A DNA stretch of 50,646 bases from Octopus bimaculoides. Taxonomy: Eukaryota. Positions within the stretch are counted from its first letter, which is position 1. Each line of letters starts with the position of its first letter. Under the pieces are notes generated by a model. The model saw only the letters and a list, made by a program, of their open reading frames with translations. It did no database searches and had not been told where the DNA came from. Of this stretch, positions 1-12,597 are shown one piece after another. The stretch spans positions 139,862,038 to 139,912,683 of the forward strand of contig NC_068984.1 in NCBI RefSeq assembly GCF_001194135.2. Direction: 5' to 3'. The translations under genes were made by a program, and so were the position numbers.

Positions 1-360
1 TGATATCGTCTGGGAGTACCCAGCTTTATAGAGGGCTTGATTATAATGATGGGCATGTTCCTTGAAAATATTTTCATTCGAGGATAGTTTGGTAAGTCTG
101 TCCGAAACAGCCTGGACGGTTGTGTTAATTATAGAGGGGGGGTGATTGGAAAGTGTGTTAATATAACTAGTGGTTTCTTCAGGTTTCCTGTACGGGTGGT
201 GGAGTCCTTCATCTAAGTCTAGTGTAGTATCCAGAAAATTAACAATCTTATAGTTAGTCATAAATTCAAGTTTTAAGTTGAAGGATTTGAAAAAATGTCT
301 GATCTTTTTCCTAACTTTTTCAAGGGTGCTCTTGTTATTGGTAGGGTAAATAGTAAATAG
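1..360 (-). mobile_element. Penelope-like retroelement reverse transcriptase fragment (C-terminal RT/thumb), running off the window edge
   Basis: My own translation of the minus strand is stop-free from 360 to 1: LFTIYPTNNKSTLEKVRKKIRHFFKSFNLKLEFMTNYKIVNFLDTTLDLDEGLHHPYRKPEETTSYINTLSNHPPSIINTTVQAVSDRLTKLSSNENIFKEHAHHYNQALYKAGYSQTIS. The VNFLD, PYRKP, SNHPP and AL..GY motifs are typical of PLE RTs. It is absent from the ORF track because the frame has no stop inside the window. Confidence 0.85.
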
Positions 361-415
361 ATTATACACATATTATATTATGTTATATTATATTATATTA
401 TATTATACACATGTA

Positions 416-449
416 GAGCTTGAAACACGTGTACCGCGGAATCCTTTGT
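416..449 (+). ncRNA. 3' half of a hammerhead-like motif (GCTT-GAAAC-ACGT-GTA-CCG)
   Basis: GAAAC at 422-426, palindromic ACGT loop, GTA triplet at 431-433, then CCGCGGAATCCTTTG, which resembles CCGACGAATTTG downstream of the 42363-42425 motif. CUGANGA is absent on this strand. Confidence 0.4.
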
Positions 450-566
450 AGTTTTGTTGTTATTTTTTTTGTTTGGGATTTACAATTTATTCTTTCACCG
501 CAACCACTAGCTGGAATACACAGGTGCTTACAATTGTCAAGTATTACCTCTAAATTTCAATTTACC

Positions 567-617
<51 letters not shown>

Positions 618-674
618 GTATATATATGTATGTATGCATGTATGTATAGCGTATATACACATGCATATATATAT

Positions 675-756
675 AGAGGGGGAATATACAAAAAATAACA
701 ACAGACGAGGACAGGTGGTGTAAATAACAAAAGTATATATTAGTATGACACACATT
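675..756. repeat. Short (TA)n-flanked interspersed repeat (motif X)
   Basis: AATATACAAAAAATAACAACAGACG (683-707) is identical to 34820-34844, and GGACAGGTG recurs at 709-717 and 34882-34890. Confidence 0.6.
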
Positions 757-784
757 TATATATATGTATATATATATATATATA

Positions 785-816
785 TACACATATAAAAATA
801 CTTTCGTCAGAGCCAT
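785..816 (-). ncRNA. 5' half of a hammerhead-like motif (ATGGCT-CTGACGA-AAG), cut by an assembly gap
   Basis: Minus strand reads ATGGCTCTGACGAAAGTATTTTTATATGTGTATA into (TA)n; CTGACGA is at 804-810; resembles ATGGCTGACGAA at 42403-42414. Confidence 0.35.
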
Positions 817-1082
817 NNNNNNNNNNNNNNNNNNNNNNNNNNNNNNNNNNNNNNNNNNNNNNNNNNNNNNNNNNNNNNNNNNNNNNNNNNNNNNNNNNNN
901 NNNNNNNNNNNNNNNNNNNNNNNNNNNNNNNNNNNNNNNNNNNNNNNNNNNNNNNNNNNNNNNNNNNNNNNNNNNNNNNNNNNNNNNNNNNNNNNNNNNN
1001 NNNNNNNNNNNNNNNNNNNNNNNNNNNNNNNNNNNNNNNNNNNNNNNNNNNNNNNNNNNNNNNNNNNNNNNNNNNNNNNNNN

Positions 1083-1119
<37 letters not shown>

Positions 1120-1236
1120 CATACATACATACATACATACATGTGTGTGTGTTTATACACACACACACACACATACAGAAAGAGAGAGATATAGGTAAAT
1201 TGATAGGTGCATAGGTAGGCAGTTATATATATTGTT

Positions 1237-1528
1237 GGGACAGAGGGAGGGAAGGGACCAAAGGGACAGAGGAAGGGAAGGGACGGGGAGGAAATGGACG
1301 GGGGGAAGAAAGGGACGGGGGAAGAAAGGGACGGCGGGTGGTAATTAGGTAGGTAGGTTGTTAAAGAAAGATGGATAGATAGATGGAGAGAGAGATGTAG
1401 GTCGGTAGGCAGGCAGGCAGGCAGGTAGGTAGGTAGGTAGGTAGGTACGTAGGTAGGTTGGTAGTTAGACAAACAGACAGACAGACAGATAAATAGGTTA
1501 GATACACATACATACATACATACATACA

Positions 1529-1559
<31 letters not shown>

Positions 1560-1688
1560 GTGGTAGGTAAGTAGGCAGCTTGGCATACAGACAGCCTGGC
1601 ATACAGGCAGATGGGATAAGGTAGATGCAGAATGACAGGTAGGTACGTACGTACGTACGTACGTATGTAAGTTGAGATACATAGATTG

Positions 1689-1764
<76 letters not shown>

Positions 1765-1770
1765 TCCAAA
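1237..1770. repeat. Purine-rich G-run tract followed by compound (AGGT)n/(AGAC)n/(TACA)n/(TAGA)n microsatellites
   Basis: Multiple GGG runs and a ~16-bp GGACGGGGGAAGAAAG tandem at ~1296-1332; tetranucleotide arrays continue to ~1765. Confidence 0.9.
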
Positions 1771-2107
1771 GACATTTACACAAAAACATATAGATTCCAT
1801 GAAGGAAATTTATATTGTGCCGAAATATATCACTGTTTTTTTTCATAATCGATGTTTACGACTGCGAATCTCTAGATAAAGCATGAAATTAATGATGCTG
1901 AAAGATCTCTGAAAGAAACTGTATTCGTATAAATATTGTATTTATGAGAAAAGGAAACAACGAAGGCTCTTGAGAAGATGTGGGAAATGATATAAGAAAA
2001 GTCAGATATATTATATACGAACGTACATACATACATACATGCATACATACATTCATGCATACATACACATACACACTCACGTACATCTATAAATATGTAT
2101 GTATGCA

Positions 2108-2154
<47 letters not shown>

Positions 2155-2506
2155 NNNNNNNNNNNNNNNNNNNNNNNNNNNNNNNNNNNNNNNNNNNNNN
2201 NNNNNNNNNNNNNNNNNNNNNNNNNNNNNNNNNNNNNNNNNNNNNNNNNNNNNNNNNNNNNNNNNNNNNNNNNNNNNNNNNNNNNNNNNNNNNNNNNNNN
2301 NNNNNNNNNNNNNNNNNNNNNNNNNNNNNNNNTATATGTATATATATGTTTGTATGTATGTATGTATAAATATATACGTATGTATAAATATGTATATGTA
2401 TGTATGAATATATTTATATATATAAATATATATTCTATATACATATATATATATACATTTTTAGATATACGTATGTATAGATATATACGTATATATATTT
2501 ATATAT

Positions 2507-2539
<33 letters not shown>

Positions 2540-2874
2540 AGGATAGATAGATACATGTGTATATATATGAATATGTGTATGTATGTATTTATGTATGTAT
2601 GTTTGTATGTATGTACGTATGTATACATATATGCACGTGTGTATTTATATTGGAAATTGATGAAAAAAGGGAAAAAAATATTGTGAACGAGAATAAAGAT
2701 ATAAATAAATTAAAAGGAAGAATTTGAAGAATATTTGAAATCTACGAATATAACCCTGTTGTCACCTAAACACATCCTCGTAAAATATTAATATATAAAA
2801 CGAATATTATGCATATCTTTGTCCGGTGGTTTTTCGTGTTTTTTCGTCTTTTTTTATTGAAGTTATTTATGTTG

Positions 2875-2877
<3 letters not shown>

Positions 2878-2943
<66 letters not shown>
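2878..2943. repeat. (ATT)n microsatellite
   Basis: Pure trinucleotide array; explains the poly-I/poly-N ORFs. Confidence 0.95.
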
Positions 2944-2944
<1 letters not shown>

Positions 2945-4571
2945 CACTCAGTTCGATCCGAAAGAACTGAGCAACGACGCTAATGTTCATTCGTTCACAA
3001 AACACAATAGCAAGACTATGAATGAGAAATATTTTTCATCCAGTTCTAATATCCGAAGCGAATATAGCTTATAGGCAGCTGGTATATAACGGTAAAAAGT
3101 ATGGAAAAACGAAAATTAAAATGCTAAGCTACATAGAATTCCTGCCTTTCCCAATAATCCCTGTGATAAAGGAACAATACGATTACGAGAGAGTAAATGG
3201 CATCGATTCATTGACATTTTCATAAGAAATGTTGTATATTATCCATAATTCATTATTAATGTTGGAAATCAGTGCATTTTCTTTGTAGAGAGGTTAACAA
3301 AAAGTGAAACGGTCAGTTAGGAGACTCCATCTTTCTTTTTGCTGTAAATCATCAGTATAACCCAATATGTATAATAGTGATATTGATTTCATTTTTACAG
3401 ATTTACGCTAAATGATACAGAGACATTGTTTAATTAATATCGAGCATCAAACGCAGAAACATGCATGTTGTGTTATCCTCCTCGTTGCTGACCTAATGCA
3501 TGATTTCTTTATATGTTATTCATTAGGGAAGTAAGAAGAAGTTTCTAGAGAGCTGTCGCAAAATAGAAAGCAAAATTACTAGAAACACAAACTTACTTTT
3601 CCGAACATAAGTAGTGTAGAAAAGAATGTGCTTGCATTCTTATTTAGCCCACAGTGAGGCTTTATTTTATTTAAATTTATTGCAGCTGTATTAATATGTT
3701 TGTCATTCGAATAATGGTGGAGTAACAGAAATGATAGTATAATGGAGAAATTCATTTAGATTTGACTTATGGTTTTATCAAATTCCAGTGGTGTTGGCGT
3801 TTAGCTTTTATCTTTCAGCCGATAATGTACTGAGGTCAATGAAGATAATGATCACCACTCTCTTTAGTCTCCAGACGATAATCTACATTCTTGATTAAAA
3901 CCACCAGTCGTAATGTGCCAAACAATGGTAAAACGTCGCATCAAATGCTCTCTAGTAATTACTTAACTGCTATATATTTGGATCACGTAGCAATGGAGAC
4001 GATTTAATCTGTCATCATTCTGAAGCTTATAAAATGTGAGCAATACGCTTCCCTTACAATTACGCGATCATGGGCTAACGTGAGGATCATTATTCATTAT
4101 TACTATTGCTTGATAGCGAGGCAACACGTCATTTCTGTACACCCCAAACCGCAACAACATTTGAAATTCTCATTGAATTTAGGAGACATCACTTATTTTG
4201 CTTCTCTTTACAAAGGCAATAATGTAACAGCATATCTCACCTTGTTCCATAAATATTTTAAGGGGGAAAAGCCACCAGAACTGTTTAGAGTATCAGAACA
4301 AAAGAAAGGTAAGGGGTCTTTACTAATAATCGGAATGGGATTCACATTCATATCACGATTCACTGAAAATAACTTCCCTTTCATAACTTAATCTTATGAG
4401 TTAATCTTTCACCTTCATCGGTTAATCTTTCACAATCTTTACAAGATGTTTAAATATTACTGACACTTATTTCTGATATATTCAGTAATATTTAGTAACC
4501 ATTACAACTAATATTGAAGTCGTTTGCATCAATATAGCTTATAACACTGTCTTTATAATGCCCATTCTACT

Positions 4572-4666
4572 CAAGTCGACCTCAGCGGAATTTGAACTCA
4601 GAATGTAAAGAGAGACGAAATACCACTAAGCATTTTGTCAGGCGTGCTAACGATTCTGCCAGCTCG
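4572..4666 (-). mobile_element. SINE family A, 5' fragment (tRNA-derived head)
   Basis: Reverse complement of GAGCTGGCAGAATCGTTAGCACGCC...TTCTGAGTTCAAATTCC (A-box/B-box like). Confidence 0.8.
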
Positions 4667-4761
4667 GTATCACAGACATGACTCTTGAATATTAATGATT
4701 TTATTTATTTGTTGTTGGTTTTTGTCTTATTCTTTTCTATTAAACGTATTCTACAATAATA

Positions 4762-4934
4762 TTCTTTTCCATTCTAGGCACAAGGCCCAAAAGTTTGGGG
4801 GAGGGTGGGGTCCAGTCGATTAGATCGACCCCAGTATTCAGCTGGCACTTAATTTATCGACGCCGAAAGGATGAAAGGCAAATTTGAACTCAGAACGTAA
4901 TGATAGACGAAATACCACCCGGCGTGCTAACGCC
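4762..4934 (-). mobile_element. SINE family A, near full length, cut by a gap
   Basis: Has the family A tail (TTGTGCCTAGAATGGAAAAGAAT) and core (GCCTTTCATCCTTTCGGCGTCGATAAATTAAGTGCCAG). Confidence 0.85.
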
Positions 4935-5530
4935 NNNNNNNNNNNNNNNNNNNNNNNNNNNNNNNNNNNNNNNNNNNNNNNNNNNNNNNNNNNNNNNNNN
5001 NNNNNNNNNNNNNNNNNNNNNNNNNNNNNNNNNNNNNNNNNNNNNNNNNNNNNNNNNNNNNNNNNNNNNNNNNNNNNNNNNNNNNNNNNNNNNNNNNNNN
5101 NNNNNNNNNNNNNNNNNNNNNNNNNNNNNNNNNNNNNNNNNNNNNNNNNNNNNNNNNNNNNNNNNNNNNNNNNNNNNNNNNNNNNNNNNNNNNNNNNNNN
5201 NNNNNNNNNNNNNNNNNNNNNNNNNNNNNNNNNNNNNNNNNNNNNNNNNNNNNNNNNNNNNNNNNNNNNNNNNNNNNNNNNNNNNNNNNNNNNNNNNNNN
5301 NNNATATATATATATATATATATATATATACCAAATCGAGCATCGATCTCTCATGGGTGAGACACTCAACAACTGGTTCAGGAGCATCCACTGGTGCAGA
5401 TGTATCTCGTCAGGTGATGAATAAATACATCTCGTTAAAATAACAGTTCCGCGATGCAACTTCTCATTTTATAGAAAGAACGGATGTATGTATGTATGTA
5501 TGTATGTATGTATGTATGTATGTATGCATG

Positions 5531-5562
<32 letters not shown>

Positions 5563-5576
5563 CNNNNNNNNNNATG

Positions 5577-5608
<32 letters not shown>

Positions 5609-5662
5609 CATACATACATACATACATACATACATACATACATACTTACTTACTTACTTACT

Positions 5663-5824
5663 GTGGGCTTCTTTCAGTTACCGTCTACCAAATCCACTTA
5701 AAAGGTTTTCGTTGTGCCAAGGTCATAGTCCAAGACACTTGCCCAAGGTGCCACGCTTTCAGACTGAACACAGAACCATCTTCCTGGGTGACAAGCGCAT
5801 TACTACGCCGCCACACCTGCGCCT
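5663..5824 (-). mobile_element. SINE family B, 5' half ending in the internal microsatellite
   Basis: Reverse complement of AGGCGCAGGTGTGGC...GTGGCACCTTGGGCAAGTGTCTT...GGATTTGGTAGACGGTAACTGAAAGAAGCCC. Confidence 0.8.
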
Positions 5825-6628
5825 GTCTCTACAGAAAATTGTAAACAAACTTATAGATATCTAATTTAGAAATAAGAAACTAATTCTTTAGAATTTTGGT
5901 ATTGTCATTCCACATTGATTCTTTTTTATTTTGATTCTGATGTTGCAGTGAGTGCAGTAGAATATGATAAAAGTAATTACAGCAGAAAGTCGATTGGTTG
6001 TAGAATTTAACGTAAGCACTCAATAACTCGAAACATATACGCAGTCACGAATTCTTACAAAGGATAGAATGCCAGTACGTAATGCTGTTAAGAAGTCATT
6101 ATAAAGAAAGGCTTTAATCCCTTCTTATGTAAAATATGCGATTTGACTTCCATCCATATTTCTATGTATGCATGTATATATATATATATCCATGTATATG
6201 TATGTATACATGTCTATGTATGTATGCATGTATGTGTATATATATACGTGTGTGTATGTGCATATTCGACGAACATTATTTGAATTCGTCTATGGAATAA
6301 TAAATTCATTGTAGTATTCTGTATAGCTGACTCAGTATTGTAGAAGAGGATGTCTACTTAACCTTTGACCAAAGTGCGCGCAGTACACGTTATGACAAGT
6401 AAGCTTCAAATTATAGCACCATATAGCCAAAGATAGAATCAAGTGAAGGAACACTCGACTGTGAAAGAAATATGTTATGTTCAGAGCCATGCTTACATCG
6501 ATAGATTTATAAATACAAACAGGTATAGTTCCATATTTATAATATAACAAAACAAGGTACTGATCCCAGCACGCAATTTTTGCGAATCAGCTTAGAGTCA
6601 CTCCGCATTTTTAAACGTTGCTTAAGCT

Positions 6629-7069
6629 TTTCTTTTCTACTCTAGGCACAAGGCTCAAAATGTTTGAGGAAGGGGCCAGTTGATTAGATTGACCCCAGTA
6701 CTAAATTTATTGACCCCGAAAGGATGAAAAATAAAGACGACCTCGGTGTAAATTTGAACTCAGAACATAAAGACAGACGAAACACCGGTAAGCATTTCGC
6801 TCAGCGAGTTAACGTTTCTGCCAGCTCGCCACCTTATAACACATATATTGTATTCTTTTCTCTTCTAGGCACAAGGCCTGAAATTATGGGAGAAGGGGGC
6901 CAGTAGATTAGATCGAACCAGTACGCAACTGGTACTTAATTTATCGTTCCCAAAAGGATGAAAAGCAAGGTTAACTTCGGTGTAACTTGAACTCAGAGCG
7001 TAAAGACAAACAAAATACCCGCTAAGCATTTCGCCCGGCGTGCTAACGTTTCTGCCTGTTCGCCGCCTT
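6629..7069 (-). mobile_element. Two family A SINEs in tandem (6629-6835, 6851-7069)
   Basis: Each has head, core and tail matching the other A copies. Confidence 0.88.
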
Positions 7070-7725
7070 GTTGTAAGTGTTTAAATTTACTCAAATTTTA
7101 TGTGATGTTTTTGAATATTCTTCTAAAACGGTGAATATGTCAGGAAAGCTAAAACAAATATTACGAATGGCACACATATCGATCAGTACAGTTTTAATGG
7201 TCTCCTGTAATCAGTCGATCTTAGTTTCAAATAATAGACTGTTTCAAATAGGATTTAGCTGAAATTAAAAGAGACAAAGAGATTTTATTAATATATATAT
7301 TCTCTCTTTTTCTCGTAATACTAACACGATCGTAATTTTGACGGTTAATTCATTTTCATTTTCTGTATTCTTCTGAGTTTACAAATTTCCAAAAGCAAAC
7401 GCAGGCATTTTGGTAAAAAAAAAATAAAAGACATTTGCGGAATATTGTGAATAGTTGTTCTCATTCTTTATCAATACTGCATCTCTGTATCAATAAATAC
7501 AAAAGAGAAAACCCAGCATCGATATCGTTATCATAATATTGATCACCAGCTTTACCACCGCGTTCTTATCATCATCATCATCATCATTGTCATCATCATC
7601 ATCATTGTCATCATCATCATCAATGCAGTTTCTTAACCATCGTTAGTTATATATGCATACATACACACAGGGATACATATATACACATATAAACACGCGC
7701 GCACAAACGCGTACACACATAGACG

Positions 7726-7805
<80 letters not shown>

Positions 7806-8122
7806 NNNNNNNNNNNNNNNNNNNNNNNNNNNNNNNNNNNNNNNNNNNNNNNNNNNNNNNNNNNNNNNNNNNNNNNNNNNNNNNNNNNNNNNNNNNNNNN
7901 NNNNNNNNNNNNNNNNNNNNNNNNNNNNNNNNNNNNNNNNNNNNNNNNNNNNNNNNNNNNNNNNNNNNNNNNNNNNNNNNNNNNNNNNNNNNNNNNNNNN
8001 NNNNNNNNNNNNNNNNNNNNNNNNNNNNNNNNNNNNNNNNNNNNNNNNNNNNNNNNNNNNNNNNNNNNNNNNNNNNNNNNNNNNNNNNNNNNNNNNNNNN
8101 NNNNNNNNNNNNNNNNNNNNNN

Positions 8123-8213
<91 letters not shown>

Positions 8214-8901
8214 GTATACATACATATATATATATGTTTATATATATGTATGTATATGTATATGTATGCATGTATATATATATACGTATGTGCGTATATA
8301 ATGTACAGACACATCTACATATATACATACATATACTTATATGTATATAAATACATACATGCGTACATATAAGCATGTATGCATATAATTGTGTAAATGT
8401 ACATTTGGAAATATATATGTACACATTATATGTTTGTGTCTAAACACATCCATATACATGTGTGCGTGTATTATAGATTTATGTATGTGTGTATGTAAAG
8501 GTATTTTGCTATTATTATTATTAACATCTTCAATGCGATCATCCGGTTTTTTTTTTCATATCGTACGTTAGCAAATATCTAGTCTGTTTGCCTTTGCACA
8601 TTTTTAAAAAATCCAATTTTGAGCAAAATTTTTTTATCTGCTATCTGCACCTACAATAAACGTGTGAATTCAGTGCGAATCATTCATACCACCAAATTCC
8701 CTTCTTCACTACCACGTTTCATATTCTATAACAGAATATTTTCTTTGAATCATCTTCGGTTTTTTAGCTTATTATTTCCGATCGGCATTTTCAACATTCA
8801 TTTACAGTCATTTATTATTTGAGCAGTGCTGTATATATAACGAAATGAAACTTCTCCAAATATCGAATTGTCGTTTCTTCTTTGTAATACTTCCATATGT
8901 T

Positions 8902-9315
8902 AAGACGGTGAGCTGGCAGAAACGTTAGCACGCCGGGCAAAATGCTTAGCGGTATTTCGTCTGTCTTTACGTTCTGAGTTCAAATTCCGCCGAGGTCGAC
9001 TTTGCCTTTCATCTTTTCGCGATCGATAAATTAATACCAGTTGCGTACTTGGTTCGATCTAATCGACTGACCCCCTCCCCCAAAAATTTCCGGCCTTGTG
9101 CCTAGAGTAGAAAAGAAACGTTAGCATGCCGGGAGAAATGGTTAGAGTTATTTCGTCTATCTTTACGTTCTGAATTCAAATCCCGCCGAGGTTGGCTTTG
9201 CCTTTCATCCTTTCGCGGTCGATAAATTAAGTACCAGTTGCGTACTGGGTTCGATCTAATCGACTGGCCCCCTCCACCAAAAATTTCGGGTCTTGTGCCT
9301 TGAGTAGTAAAGAAT
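8902..9315 (+). mobile_element. Family A SINE head-to-tail dimer (8902-9117 + 9114-9315)
   Basis: Two near-consensus copies; the second lacks its first ~15 nt and joins through AGAAA. Confidence 0.92.
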
Positions 9316-9723
9316 ACCTCCATATGTCTGAATAGCGTATTCATTTTATTTTGCGATTCTTCAAAAGTTCTTTTCTACAAGTCTACAGAGAACAATCTTA
9401 AGAATACTTTACCATTATTCAATTCCATTTGATATTATTGGTTTTCGATCTTACACTGTCTAGAGAAATATACCATTGGGGTTAGTCTTTAAATTGAAAG
9501 AAATAAGAAGCATTTTTTGAACGTGTAAGCTTATCTCCTGTTGCACTGACATATAATCTATAAGCGTTTAAATATAATTACGAAATATCGCACGCACATA
9601 CAAACATTTGAATTGCATATGCAATAATATGTGCGTGTATTTGTGCATACATATATGTATGTATACATACTCATATGTATTAAATGTTTATATACATATC
9701 TATATATATATATTATTTTTATT

Positions 9724-9778
<55 letters not shown>

Positions 9779-9873
9779 GATAATAAAACAAATGGTTTAT
9801 ACCTAGTTGCTTACTGGTAATGCATGATCACTTTCTTAGTGTTCATTAACCACACACACGCACACACATATAC

Positions 9874-9908
<35 letters not shown>

Positions 9909-10160
9909 CATACAAACATACATACATACATACATGCATATATATGTATGTATGTATATATATATATATATATANNNNNNNNNNTAGATAATAAAACAAA
10001 TGGTTTATACCTAGTTGCTTACTGGTAATGCATGATCACTTTCTTAGTGTTCATTAACCACACACACGCACACACATATACATATATATATATATATACA
10101 TATATATAATCAATTTACAAAAGGTACCGTTAATTATTATTATCCAATGTCACTATTATT

Positions 10161-10223
10161 TGAGTTTCAAATTCCGCCGAAGTCACTTTTTGCCTTTTAT
10201 CCTTTCGGAGTCGGTAAAAGAAA
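10161..10223 (+). mobile_element. Family A SINE internal fragment
   Basis: GAGTTTCAAATTCCGCCGAAGTC...GCCTTTTATCCTTTCGGAGTCGG. Confidence 0.7.
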
Positions 10224-11639
10224 TAAAAAAAGAAATAATAATGACAGTAACTACTACATTATTACAAACGACACCGGCAGCATCATTAAGACCGCAAGGG
10301 GAAAATATTTCTTTTGCCTCGATCACAAGCGTGTTTGATTTCATCCCACTAGACAATGTGTGTGAACATTTAAAACAGGCGGAAGAACACAATAGACGGA
10401 ACAGAGAAAAGTGATACCGATTATACTGCAAAATCGTTTAGACCAAACAGAAAAGAAAACAATTCACGAGAGATGCTTATCAATGAAAAGACACAAATTA
10501 AACCTTATACCTTCAGACCAAGGTGTACTTTGTTTAATGTACAAATGACAACATTAGTTTTGAGAAACATTCTTTTAGTTTTTCCCAGGGACGGTCTGAA
10601 GAACGCATGCGCTACGTTCCGGAGCTACCGGAAGCTGATGGTAGCTACGTTGAAGAAACTGCTTAGTTGATAAGTTTTGACTTTATAAAATCCTTTGTTT
10701 TTGAAGAAACTGTTTAGTTGGTATATTTTGACTTCATCAGCTTCTTTAGTTTTCGATAAGACACTGTGCTTTGTTTTCTTTTTATACGAACTGTCAAATT
10801 TAGCAAGAACATGACGTATATTGTCATTTTTCGATTAAAAAAAAAATAATAATCTATTCGCTGTATCAACATAATCGAAATATGAGATCAGGAATGTATT
10901 ATGGTCTGATATTTTAAACATACTTAAAGGAAACATCGAACAATTTTTCTATACATATATACATACATACACAAATATATGTATGCATGCACACACACAC
11001 ACACACACACACACNNNNNNNNNNNNNNNNNNNNNNNNNNNNNNNNNNNNNNNNNNNNNNNNNNNNNNNNNNNNNNNNNNNNNNNNNNNNNNNNNNNNNN
11101 NNNNNNNNNNNNNNNNNNNNNNNNNNNNNNNNNNNNNNNNNNNNNNNNNNNNNNNNNNNNNNNNNNNNNNNNNNNNNNNNNNNNNNNNNNNNNNNNNNNN
11201 NNNNNNNNNNNNNNNNNNNNNNNNNNNNNNNNNNNNNNNNNNNNNNNNNNNNNNNNNNNNNNNNNNNNNNNNNNNNNNNNNNNNNNNNNNNNNNNNNNNN
11301 NNNNNNNNNNNNNNNNNNNNNNNNNNNNNNNNNNNNNNNNNNNNNNNNNNNNNNNNNNNNCGCGAATTTACGTACCTGAATATAAACAAACATACAGACA
11401 GACAGACAGACACACCGATGGAGAGTCAGATAGACATATATAAATATATGTATGTATGTATGTATAGATAGATAGATAGATAGATAGATAGTACAAATAT
11501 ATATTCATTCCATCTCCGAAGCAGGACACTTTATATCTCAACTGATCCTTTACTTACGAGTTTTAATTTCACAACAAACATTTTCGTTTGTCTTTAATGT
11601 TCAACGTTGTTTAGAGAGGCACGCACAGGCACGCGCACA

Positions 11640-11875
11640 CGCGCCTGCAAACACACACACGCCCACAGTCACACGCATACAGACATATACAAATACACAG
11701 ACATGTAGACGCATACTCACACACAGACACACATACACAAAGTCATACACACAAAGTCATACACACAAAGTCATGCACGCTCCCACACACACGCTCATAC
11801 ACACAGACACAGACATGTAGACGCATACTCACACACAGACACACACCCAGTTTTACACACAAAATCATACACGCT

Positions 11876-11910
<35 letters not shown>

Positions 11911-12305
11911 ACATTCACACACATGCAGACATACAAAAAACACAGACATGTTGACACATACTCTCTCATACACACACACACAAGACACACACACACACAA
12001 GACACACACACACACAAGACACACACACACACACAAGACACACACACACACACACACACAAGACACACACACACACACACNNNNNNNNNNNNNNNNNNNN
12101 NNNNNNNNNNNNNNNNNNNNNNNNNNNNNNNNNNNNNNNNNNNNNNNNNNNNNNNNNNNNNNNNNNNNNNNNNNNNNNNNNNNACACACACACACACACA
12201 CACAAGACACACACACACACTCACAGATACACACGCTAACACACACACACACATACAAACATGCGTATGCATGCGCACACACAAACACACACATACATAC
12301 ACACA
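11640..12305. repeat. (CA)n-derived compound minisatellite
   Basis: Higher-order units: CACAGACATGTAGACGCATACTCACACACAGACAC twice, ACACACAAAGTCAT three times, and (CA)nAGA units. Confidence 0.9.
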
Positions 12306-12543
12306 CGTATTTTAAAATTGTTTTACGTTTCTCCTATTTTACACGAAATGAAAATGGCGCTCGATCAATTTTGTATTTGCCCAATGGCGTTAAATATATT
12401 ATTGTTGTTGTTGCTGTTGTTGTTGTTATTGTTGTTCATGGTGGTGGTGGTGGTGGTGGTGGTGTCATCTTTGTTGTTGTTGGTATTTGTGTTGTGGTTG
12501 TTTTTCTTTTGATGTTGATGTTGTTTCTCAACGTTTTTCCCTG

Positions 12544-12597
<54 letters not shown>

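Noticed and set aside
2945-2969. Isolated short hairpins (CTCAGTTC/GAACTGAG here; CAGTGTTAA/TTAACACTG at 36214-36241)
   Set aside because: 8-9-bp stems are expected by chance in 50 kb and have no supporting context.
6629-9315. Regularly repeated SINE units as a CRISPR-like array
   Set aside because: Repeats are ~200-bp dispersed retroposons with no unique spacer periodicity or cas genes; eukaryotic context.
9777-10108. Identical ~125-bp direct repeat (9777-9900 and 9985-10108)
   Set aside because: The copies flank a 10-N placeholder gap and are identical; most likely overlapping contig ends left unmerged.
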